From: a virus
Lineage: Duplodnaviria; Caudoviricetes
IMG/VR virus record: IMGVR_UViG_3300018050_000664
Span: 1-47,772 of that record
Strand: one strand, 5' to 3'
Length of the DNA stretch: 47,772 bases
Part shown: piece after piece, positions 32,435-40,359 of the stretch
Position numbering within the stretch: the stretch's first letter is position 1
Layout of the letters: each line of letters starts with the position of its first letter
Position numbers and translations under genes: made by a program
Notes under the pieces: model-generated
The model's database searches: none
Seen by the model: only the letters and a program-made list of their open reading frames with translations
What the model was told of the DNA's origin: nothing

Positions 32435-33322
32435 TTAAGTTTGTCTTGCGGCCCCGAGTTGTCCGTAGGCTCCGATGATAATGGATGCGTAGTCTGTCTC
32501 AGACGTGCTCGTTGCCCTAAGTGCATCAAGTACGCCTTGAGCAGAGGAAATAGACTGCCTGATTTGCTGGTCACGGATTTCTCCAGCGTTTTTGGCTTCG
32601 ACGGCCTGAGAGTGGGCTTCGGCGACAAGCGGAGACTCAAACGGACTAACAATCGGCGTAGAGGATGCCTCCTTGAAGGCGTTCTCAGCGATGCTTTGTA
32701 GTTGGGTGGCCGACAGAGAGTTAGCCAAATAAGTAGTATTCTGACCGCCACCAGAGGCCGCAGAAAGCCCAAGCACGTATTGCTGGTTGGAATCTTGATT
32801 GATTACCTTCCCTGCGACGTAGTTGTAAATCGAGTTGGCGTTAGTTACATTCCTAGCCGTAAGGCCAGCCGTAATCTGTGCATCAACTGATGCGAATTCA
32901 TCGGCGTTTTGCTTGTAGGCGTCAAGAGCCTGAGCCATTTCGAACCTAGGGTTCCTGCCCCAGAAGGAATACTTTCCATCCGTAATTGCTGGAAGGTTCT
33001 GAATGGCGGCTGAAGCCTTCGACATGCTATCAAATGCCAGTGGCACTCCAGAACCGCTAGAAACCCTTACGTATGGCGTACTGGCGTTCCTTACCCATAC
33101 CAAACCAATAAGACCATCAACAACCTGATACTTAGCCTTGTCGGTGTAGTCTGGTCCGCTTACGTAGGTATCCTGAAAGCCGCCGCCGTTGACACTAAGC
33201 CAACTGACAATCGTTTTGATGGCATACCCACTGGCAGTTACGCCATAGGTATTCATTTCGTGGACCTTTACATACGTCTGATTGGCGTATGGCGGGTAAA
33301 GTTCTGGATTTGGGTCAGGCAT
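32435..33322 (-). CDS. Putative virion protein
   Basis: TGATG coupling with the upstream tail gene; beta-rich N-half, Ala-rich helical C-half. Confidence 0.6.
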   Translation of the reverse strand: MPDPNPELYPPYANQTYVKVHEMNTYGVTASGYAIKTIVSWLSVNGGGFQDTYVSGPDYTDKAKYQVVDGLIGLVWVRNASTPYVRVSSGSGVPLAFDSMSKASAAIQNLPAITDGKYSFWGRNPRFEMAQALDAYKQNADEFASVDAQITAGLTARNVTNANSIYNYVAGKVINQDSNQQYVLGLSAASGGGQNTTYLANSLSATQLQSIAENAFKEASSTPIVSPFESPLVAEAHSQAVEAKNAGEIRDQQIRQSISSAQGVLDALRATSTSETDYASIIIGAYGQLGAARQT

Positions 33323-34695
33323 CAGAATGAGGAGAAGATTGAGCGACCAACAGTGGAGGCTTCGACTCCGATGCTCATGATTTCAGGCCTGCCAGATTTT
33401 ACGACTATTTCCAACTTGCCCAACATGGACTTTTTGTTGGCCAAAGCACGTCTAACCGCTGTGCCTAGGTTCCCACTGAACTTATCTAGTAGCCATCTTC
33501 CATCTGGATTGGTCGAGATGAAGTAAAATTCAACCGACGCATCACCCATCGTGTCTAGGTATGCGTAGCAGTTTTCGAAACGCTTTTCTCCGTGCGTGGC
33601 AAAAAGGTAGTTTCTGCTCCTAATCTTTGCAACAATAGGAGTCCCGTTGTCGGTGCTAGATTCTTCGAGCAGATAAATTCGTCCGCTGGCCTTGTTGATT
33701 CCCCATACACGTGGGATTCCGTCTTTTCTGGCTACGGCGAGGACGTCGATGCTTTCTGGGTAAACATGCAAGGACTCAAAGATTCCCTTGTTGTCGCTAT
33801 TCAGAACCAAAACGACGCTTTTGTTGTACGGCGAGCCGAGGTGCATGGCGTAGTAGGCTCTCGTTTTTAGGCCAACCGCAGAAACTTCTGCCAGTTTCTC
33901 TGGCGTGATGTTCCTGATGACATCAAGTATTGTGTCCGAAATCGGAGGAACGCCCTCTCCAAACTTACCTTCGCTGAAAACCTTGATTCCGTCATGGTCC
34001 AAGAAGGAGATGTTTCCTCCCAAATAAGCCCATGCGTCTGGTCCTACGACGCCATCGCTCTCAGAGAGTTTGTTAATCTTATGGAATACTGCCTGTTCTG
34101 GCTTCCTGTCGATGTTTGCCTGACGTCCAAGGCCAGCCTGAACCTGATAGACGCTCCTTTTGCCTAAAACAGTGAAAGAGTTAAGGTCTGGTATGATTGC
34201 CTGAATCGAATCATAGGTTCCCTGAACCAGATAAGCCGAATCGGGCTCGTATGGAGCAACTCCAGTGTAAAGGGAAAACTTCAATTTATCCCCTTTTGCC
34301 GTAACCAGCCGTTCGACGATGTTTGCCCCACTGATAAAGTCAGTGTCAGCAGTCTCCATCGTCAATGCGTCCTGATAGCCTTGACCACGGGCTTTTTGTT
34401 TTGCCGCCAGATTGACCGAAGTGAACGTTCCGCTTTGGCAGTTGAAACGCTGGTTCGCTCCCCAGAGAAGGATGCTATCTCCGTTGCTGGACTGTGCGGT
34501 GCAAGCGTAGGTTACTGGAGCAGACGCAGTGCCAGCCAGCATGTAACCAAGCCTAGGCATCACCTTGCCAGCAATCAGTTCCATGTTCTCGGAGTACTCA
34601 AGCAGGCCAGAGTCACCAGAGAAGGTGCAACTGTTCGGATAGGATGCGAACCCGTCGAACTTGATGTCTCCGTCCTGTTGGATTTCTTTAGCCAT
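33322..34695 (-). CDS. Tail nozzle / DNA-stabilisation protein (P22 gp10 / T7 gp12-like beta-propeller)
   Basis: SENM....G....R.G N-terminus, G.VGPDAW....NI.FLD.DGI, PISD.I motifs typical of podovirus nozzles. Confidence 0.65.
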   Translation of the reverse strand: MAKEIQQDGDIKFDGFASYPNSCTFSGDSGLLEYSENMELIAGKVMPRLGYMLAGTASAPVTYACTAQSSNGDSILLWGANQRFNCQSGTFTSVNLAAKQKARGQGYQDALTMETADTDFISGANIVERLVTAKGDKLKFSLYTGVAPYEPDSAYLVQGTYDSIQAIIPDLNSFTVLGKRSVYQVQAGLGRQANIDRKPEQAVFHKINKLSESDGVVGPDAWAYLGGNISFLDHDGIKVFSEGKFGEGVPPISDTILDVIRNITPEKLAEVSAVGLKTRAYYAMHLGSPYNKSVVLVLNSDNKGIFESLHVYPESIDVLAVARKDGIPRVWGINKASGRIYLLEESSTDNGTPIVAKIRSRNYLFATHGEKRFENCYAYLDTMGDASVEFYFISTNPDGRWLLDKFSGNLGTAVRRALANKKSMLGKLEIVVKSGRPEIMSIGVEASTVGRSIFSSF

Positions 34696-34698
34696 AGA

Positions 34699-35088
34699 TT
34701 ATACTGGCGGTTCTGTGTACGACCAATTGCAACCATCGTAAGTCCAGCCTTCTTCGCCAGCGTGAAGGTAAGGGTCTTCGCATGGTGGTGGCTCTTCTCC
34801 GCCGCCGCCGTTACAGCACTCGCAATTGCACTCGCAGTATCCGTTGGTGCCATCAATGCCGTCGGTGCCATCCTGACCACGTGGTAGCACCAATTCTATG
34901 TGCCAGTTCGGGTGGGTGCCAGAGATGGTTGCGGAAGCCGTCTCACCTTCGGTGGCACTGATGGTAAAAATCGGAGGCTCTTGGCTTCCTGTTTCCCTTG
35001 CAAGCCTCTTAATGGCCATGCCTCCGCCAGTCATGGCAGACCTTGCGGTGGAAGACCTATCTGAGCCATGGTAGTTTCTAAATGTCAT
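34699..35088 (-). CDS. Short tail-associated protein with collagen-like and Cys-rich segments
   Basis: LVLPRGQDGTDGIDGTNG followed by YCECNCECCN. Confidence 0.55.
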   Translation of the reverse strand: MTFRNYHGSDRSSTARSAMTGGGMAIKRLARETGSQEPPIFTISATEGETASATISGTHPNWHIELVLPRGQDGTDGIDGTNGYCECNCECCNGGGGEEPPPCEDPYLHAGEEGWTYDGCNWSYTEPPV

Positions 35089-36077
35089 ATGGCTTCAGTG
35101 TAGTAGCCCCCCGAGCCGTTCCAGTAATAATTATTCCATTCATCGGAGGCAAACCATGACCCGCTTGAGGCATACCAACTAGTAATGTAACTGTAGCCAC
35201 CAGAGCCATCCCAAGTAATCTTGTAGCCCACTCTGAGAGGGAAGTACCAATTGTAATTAACCTCCACCCCGTCACCAGAATAAGAGTCTATCTGGAAGGT
35301 GATTAGGTCTCCAGCGGAATAGTAACTTCCAGTAGTCGTTGCAGTGCTATGTGGTCCAGTAAAACCACCATAGCCATCTGCCGTGTACTGATAGATTTCA
35401 TAAATCCCGTTTGGGTAAGATGTGTCCACCTCGGAAACGTAAGTCGTGTAGGGCTCGTTAAACTCATGAATGACTGTGCCCAATGAATAAGGTTCAAAAT
35501 GACTTTCAAAATAGTGGCCACCACTTCCGTCATGGTAGTACGATGTGGAGTTGGAGTAGCCAGTCGCCACGCTGTCGGCACCGATAACAACATGCCCAGC
35601 CGCAACGGCTGGGTACGTTACATTAACGATTAAGGTATGTTGGCTTGTGTAGGATGAGTCGCTTCCCGTTCCATTGTGCCCACCAACCCCATCGTGTTCG
35701 TAGTAACTTGTGTAGGTACCATACGAATACGAATAAGTAAGTTGGTTTAAGTTGTTTTCTGATGGGAGATTTAAGGTGCCATAGTACGTTCCACTTTCCG
35801 AAAAACTTCCCGTAATGTAAGTAATGTTTCTCGCAGTGGACCAATCAATAAATTCCCCTCCAATCCCGTCTGCTACCTTATCAACGGAACATACCTGATT
35901 AGGGAAAGACGTGCTCACGACCCAGTCGCCGCCATTTGCAACTGGGTAGGTGGTCTGATGGATGGTCTCGATGAGAGTGCCATACGGGGGGACTGACTCA
36001 AAGTCGCTTGAAGTCCCATTGAGGTTGGCCTCGTTGTCGTGAGGGCCACCTAGACGCATGTCCCCCTTGAAAGGCAT
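35085..36077 (-). CDS. Putative tail fibre / receptor-binding protein with DGxGG repeats
   Basis: Tyr/Gly/Ser/Thr-rich; six [AHW][DN]GxGG repeats. Confidence 0.55.
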   Translation of the reverse strand: MPFKGDMRLGGPHDNEANLNGTSSDFESVPPYGTLIETIHQTTYPVANGGDWVVSTSFPNQVCSVDKVADGIGGEFIDWSTARNITYITGSFSESGTYYGTLNLPSENNLNQLTYSYSYGTYTSYYEHDGVGGHNGTGSDSSYTSQHTLIVNVTYPAVAAGHVVIGADSVATGYSNSTSYYHDGSGGHYFESHFEPYSLGTVIHEFNEPYTTYVSEVDTSYPNGIYEIYQYTADGYGGFTGPHSTATTTGSYYSAGDLITFQIDSYSGDGVEVNYNWYFPLRVGYKITWDGSGGYSYITSWYASSGSWFASDEWNNYYWNGSGGYYTEAI

Positions 36078-36376
36078 TACTGGGAGTAGTGATAGACGTA
36101 ACCTTCACCATCAACCCAGACTTCGCCATTGTAGCCGTTCAATTCGAACGAACCGCCGTCATGCTTGTTGGCGTTCTTTTCGTGTGCAAGCGTGATAGGA
36201 GAGCCAGCACCATTGGGCTGAAGGTAAAAATTGAGCAGGGCGGAGTCGGAAGAATTGACGATACCGAAGACACGCCTGTTTCGCACGCCATCGAGCACCT
36301 TAATCTTGGTGCCGACGCTATTGAAGACAGTCACATCTACGTTAGGAATGTTTTGAGGCTGATAGGCGTGGGACAT
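36077..36376 (-). CDS. Hypothetical virion protein (small beta-rich fold)
   Basis: NRRVFGIVNSS...GGSFEL..YNGEVW; TAATG coupling. Confidence 0.65.
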   Translation of the reverse strand: MSHAYQPQNIPNVDVTVFNSVGTKIKVLDGVRNRRVFGIVNSSDSALLNFYLQPNGAGSPITLAHEKNANKHDGGSFELNGYNGEVWVDGEGYVYHYSQ

Positions 36377-36377
36377 G

Positions 36378-37133
36378 TTAGTAGTTTCTGAAGTTTATTT
36401 TGCGGGTTTGGCCTTGCTGACGCAACACTTGGTCAACCGCTTCGTCGAACGCTTGGGCGGCGTCCGCTTCTGCGACACGGGCTTCCTCCATTTGGCCTTG
36501 CGAACGGAGATAGTCAGCGTGGCATCCGTGGATGAGGTAGGACCCGAAGAGTCGAGGGATTTGAACCAATTGCCACACTCCGATAGGAGGGATTTGGCCC
36601 GATTGAGCAGTTTCTCCAGTGTATTCATAGAAATTTCCGATGCTAGGCGTACCTTCTTTCGGCACAAGACCAGTCTCAATGGTGTCGGCGGCACCAGTAT
36701 CGTAGTAGCACTGGGCACCTTTGGTGTAGGTGGTGGACGATTTCCAGTGAGTGCCGAAGAGTTTTGGGGCATCGACACGATATTCCACCCAAACGACGGC
36801 ATCGGCGTCGTTGACGAGGTAAACATCGCCATTGTACAGCGAGAAGTCTTTCTCGACTGCCGTCCATGCAAGGGGGTCTTTGTTCCAAACGGCCAGAACT
36901 TGGCCTGCAAAGCCTACTGGGAGCGTAACTTTACGCCTTCCATCGGCCAGCACGCTGTCGCATTTGACGTATCGCCTGTGGTCTGGCCAGTCTTGAGACT
37001 CCCAGATGGTCTGGAGCCTCCTAGAGGTGAAGTCCCTCACAGTGTTGAACCTGTCAGTGGTGGTCAGATTCCTGTCCAGACCGCACATCTGGAGTGCGGA
37101 GTACAGAATTTCACTGAAAGGGATGGTACGCAT
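36378..37133 (-). CDS. Head-tail adaptor / tail tubular protein A-like
   Basis: Helical N-terminus ...RRL..IWE..DWP, C-terminal IP..F..YL..G..ADYL...GQ..EA; position after the capsid gene. Confidence 0.6.
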   Translation of the reverse strand: MRTIPFSEILYSALQMCGLDRNLTTTDRFNTVRDFTSRRLQTIWESQDWPDHRRYVKCDSVLADGRRKVTLPVGFAGQVLAVWNKDPLAWTAVEKDFSLYNGDVYLVNDADAVVWVEYRVDAPKLFGTHWKSSTTYTKGAQCYYDTGAADTIETGLVPKEGTPSIGNFYEYTGETAQSGQIPPIGVWQLVQIPRLFGSYLIHGCHADYLRSQGQMEEARVAEADAAQAFDEAVDQVLRQQGQTRKINFRNY

Positions 37134-37504
37134 TAAGAAATTGGGACGCCGTAAGCGTCATAGAGGGGCTTGTTACCCTCGACCCTGACAGTTGTCTTGG
37201 TCGCTTTTGAGTTTACCCTGCACTCAGGGTTGTCACGCAGGAACTCCTTCCTGAAACCAGCATCCCTCCAGCAGTCGTAGCCGAGGCGTTTGCCCCAATA
37301 GTGGTACGATTCGACTGGAATCCGCATGGTCATCTCGCCAAGTCCTTCGACGTGGCCGTGCTCTTTCTGGTTCAGTTTACCCAACAGTTTAGCGTTGGCC
37401 TTCGCCTGAACTTTACGAAGGGACCACCCCGTCCGAAACTCCTCCAGCATTTGCGGGAGAAGGTCGGACGGGATGGCTTCGTGGATGGACTCTAGTCCGT
37501 CCAT
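37133..37504 (-). CDS. Conserved phage hypothetical protein after the major capsid gene
   Basis: RIP...YHYW...LGYDCW.D..F.KEFLRDNPE motif. Confidence 0.7.
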   Translation of the reverse strand: MDGLESIHEAIPSDLLPQMLEEFRTGWSLRKVQAKANAKLLGKLNQKEHGHVEGLGEMTMRIPVESYHYWGKRLGYDCWRDAGFRKEFLRDNPECRVNSKATKTTVRVEGNKPLYDAYGVPIS

Positions 37505-37513
37505 TCCTCTGGT

Positions 37514-38935
37514 TTAGGAGAGGAGACCGCCGTTCGCCGTGCTGGCACGATAGTCCATCATGCCGAACGTGAGAGGACTCTGGACGACGAGAGCCGCCAT
37601 AGCCTCCATCATGCGACGTGGACCACCGCCGTTTTCGGTGAGTTCTCGAACCTGAGCGATGTTACCGCCGTAGCGGATTTCGAGCATGTTCCAAGGGATG
37701 ATAAAGCCCTTGCACTTGGCGTTGTTGGCGTGGAGGTTGGCGTAGGTCTTGGCCTCGGCTTCGGTGGCGAAGCGAGCAGGAACGGCATTGGCGGTGCCGA
37801 AGGCAACACGCTCATACTTGTTCGAGTTAGCGTCCTTGAGCCAGACGAGGTTCTTGCCAGAGCCGTTAAGGCCAGAGCCGTTGGAGGCGACGTCAGCCGT
37901 GGAGTACACGCCATCGACGATAGCGTAACGACCAGTGGCCGTGTAGGAGTTGCCAGTAGCACCAGCACCGCAGTCAACGATGGTGTAGGGGTTGACGCCA
38001 GCGTGCAGGAACTGCGACGGGATGAGGGCCAACTTACCGAAGTCACCCTCGAAGTAGTCAACCGACGCCTTGATGGTGTCAGAGTTGGCATCACGCTGGT
38101 TCTGGATGCGGGAGGTCAGGGCAGGCTCGGTCTTGGTATAGACGAGGTTCGTGAACTGACGCTTGAGGGCGGTACCGACCACGGCTTCGTGGTTCTTGAA
38201 CTGGCCAGTCTGCTCATAGACCGAGGTCATGAGGTCCTGAACAGTGTTCTCACCCAACTGGTCAACAGTCTCACCAGTGCCGACGATAGACGAGGCAGGG
38301 GTGCGGAAGTTTTCACCGACAGGGCGGATGGACTGAGCCTGAGAGCCGTACTTCTGCTGGGTGTTGGTGGAGGCACCAAGGAGGTCATTCTTAATCCAAG
38401 CGGTCAGACAGCGGGTGCGATATGGGGTCGAGCCGTCGTCGAGAGCAGGGAGAATGTCCGAGGTGAAGGTCAGTTCCATCGAACGCTTGAGGTCGATGGT
38501 GGCCTTGGACAACTGGCGGGAGAGTTCATCCTGAACGCCAGCGATGTTGAGGATGTCCTGCGTCAGGTTGGACACGTGAACGGCACGGCGGAACATGTGG
38601 ATGTTGTTTTCCACTTCTTCACGATAGCCGAGGGTGTACTGCTTGAAGGCAGGGTTCTGGGACGGGTTGCTTGGGTCAACGTCAGCACCATCGAGAACGC
38701 CGAGTTCAATCGAGGGGTCTGGGTTGCGGTCAACCTGCCAGCGGAAGGTCGTATTGCCAGGTTTGGAACCACGCTTGGCCATCGAGGAGATGGGGGTGTC
38801 CTTGGCATCGACGTTGGCGATGAGGTCCGAGAGTTCTTCTCGGATACCGATGCGACCCGAGGCGAAGCCGTTGCGGGTTGGGCCGTTGGGAAGCGGACGC
38901 TGATTCTGGAATTGAGATTCGAACAGTGAAGCCAT
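37514..38935 (-). CDS. Major capsid protein (HK97 fold, DUF5309/SU10-like)
   Basis: REELSDLIANVDAKDTP.SSM...TTF.WQ.D, N...MFRR...VS, LKRSME, EGDFG.L..IP motifs; most strongly biased codon usage; follows the scaffold. Confidence 0.85.
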   Translation of the reverse strand: MASLFESQFQNQRPLPNGPTRNGFASGRIGIREELSDLIANVDAKDTPISSMAKRGSKPGNTTFRWQVDRNPDPSIELGVLDGADVDPSNPSQNPAFKQYTLGYREEVENNIHMFRRAVHVSNLTQDILNIAGVQDELSRQLSKATIDLKRSMELTFTSDILPALDDGSTPYRTRCLTAWIKNDLLGASTNTQQKYGSQAQSIRPVGENFRTPASSIVGTGETVDQLGENTVQDLMTSVYEQTGQFKNHEAVVGTALKRQFTNLVYTKTEPALTSRIQNQRDANSDTIKASVDYFEGDFGKLALIPSQFLHAGVNPYTIVDCGAGATGNSYTATGRYAIVDGVYSTADVASNGSGLNGSGKNLVWLKDANSNKYERVAFGTANAVPARFATEAEAKTYANLHANNAKCKGFIIPWNMLEIRYGGNIAQVRELTENGGGPRRMMEAMAALVVQSPLTFGMMDYRASTANGGLLS

Positions 38936-38954
38936 GATAGTAGGTATTTAGGGG

Positions 38955-40004
38955 TTAGACGAACTTAGACCGAAACACGGCGGCGAGGTCGTCGATTGAG
39001 CCCGACTGTCTGAAGCGAGTGTAACTTTCCTTGGCCTGCTTTTCGTCCAGTTTAGCGGACGCTTTTGGGGCTGAGGACATCAGGGATGGCTGATAAGGTG
39101 CACGGCTGGCCGTTGGTTGGCCCGTCCTTGCAGACTTTTTCTGGTCCTGATACGTGGACATTCCCATAGCAAGTTGGGCAGCGTAAATCTCGTAGTCTGG
39201 GAACTTCTTGATTTCGGGAACGGCGGCGATGAATTTCTTGGCGATGCTCGCCCTCTTGTCGGAGGGGTCACTTAACCAAGGAAACTCTTTGCGAGCCCTT
39301 TCCTTGAACTGCGACTGTGCTACAACGAATTCTGCCTGATTTGGCAGGTACTCCTCAAGGGCTCGAAGTGCCACGACCTTGGCCTTGGCAATCTCCTCCC
39401 TGCTGACATGCTGTCTGGAGTCTTCTCCCTCGTAGTATCCATCTGGATAGCGTTCGCAGAACAAACGAATCTGACGCTGACGCTCAAACTCGGCCTTTAA
39501 TTTCTCTTGAGAGTCCACATTTCGGTATGGATTGGGACTCTTAATAGTGGCCTGATTTCGCCTGAGTGTTTCAACCTCTTCTTCTAGTTGCTTTGCTTTC
39601 GCTTCCGCTTCACGTCGTAGAGCCGTGAGTTTGGCCAGCCTCTTCTTGACGCCTTTTGGCGTTTCAGCGGACTGGGCATACGCCTCGACTTCTTCTTCAT
39701 CCGTGTCTGCCTCTGCTTCCTCGGCTTCCTGACCTTCTTCCTCGGAGTATTGCGTTTCCTGTTCGGAATCGCCTTCTTCCTCGTCATCTGGGTCGATGGC
39801 CTCGTTGTCATCGGCACTTTCGACTTCATTGGTAACGGAGTTGTCGCTCTCCGCCCTAGTCTGTCCGTCAGACAGGACCTTCAGAAAGTAATCTGAAAGG
39901 CTTTGTTCATTGAGCGAATCGGATTTTTCGCTCTGTTGTGGCATGGGGGGATTAGCCTCGGTCCCAAGTTCGAGGTCAGCGGTGGGCTGTTGTTCGTTTT
40001 CCAT
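38955..40004 (-). CDS. Capsid scaffolding protein
   Basis: Very acidic N-half, GVKKRLAKLTA.RR.AE coiled coil, C-terminal RF.QSGS.DDLAA; between portal and capsid genes. Confidence 0.75.
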   Translation of the reverse strand: MENEQQPTADLELGTEANPPMPQQSEKSDSLNEQSLSDYFLKVLSDGQTRAESDNSVTNEVESADDNEAIDPDDEEEGDSEQETQYSEEEGQEAEEAEADTDEEEVEAYAQSAETPKGVKKRLAKLTALRREAEAKAKQLEEEVETLRRNQATIKSPNPYRNVDSQEKLKAEFERQRQIRLFCERYPDGYYEGEDSRQHVSREEIAKAKVVALRALEEYLPNQAEFVVAQSQFKERARKEFPWLSDPSDKRASIAKKFIAAVPEIKKFPDYEIYAAQLAMGMSTYQDQKKSARTGQPTASRAPYQPSLMSSAPKASAKLDEKQAKESYTRFRQSGSIDDLAAVFRSKFV

Positions 40005-40043
40005 GTAGGAAGTCAGGGTTTTATGCTCCCAGAAGCGTTGGTT

Positions 40044-40071
40044 AGTGTTGGGCTTTGTATCGAGAAATCAA
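40044..40071 (-). promoter_or_regulatory. Putative promoter for scaffold/capsid genes
   Basis: Minus-strand TTGATT-16 nt-AACACT in the only sizeable intergenic gap of the late arm. Confidence 0.3.
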
Positions 40072-40110
40072 GTACACTGCCCAAAAGTGATGGTTTGATA
40101 CGCTTTTGCT

Positions 40111-40359
40111 TTAAGTTCGATGCCTCAGGGCTTCTTCCCTGAGTTTCTGAAACTCCAGCAACAGGTCATTTATGGCGTCTAGCCGTCCGCAGGCGTGAAC
40201 TCTGGCTTCTCCAGTAGTATTCACCTGCATGACCTTGGACATTTCCACCTGTAAAGCCAAGTCGCATACAAAAAGGACTTGTTTGTACAGTTCCTGAGCC
40301 TCCATGTCTTTAAACATGAAGGCCTTCAGGGCGTCAATTCTGGCTTTTTCTTCGCTCAT
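40111..40359 (-). CDS. Small conserved protein after the portal
   Basis: R.HACGR..AI.DL motif; TAATG coupling to the portal. Confidence 0.65.
   Translation of the reverse strand: MSEEKARIDALKAFMFKDMEAQELYKQVLFVCDLALQVEMSKVMQVNTTGEARVHACGRLDAINDLLLEFQKLREEALRHRT

Noticed and set aside
35085-36077. Diversity-generating retroelement target
   Set aside because: No reverse transcriptase and no template/variable repeat pair seen in the genome
37730-38929. 399-aa + strand ORF opposite the capsid gene
   Set aside because: Antisense shadow caused by extreme codon bias of the major capsid gene
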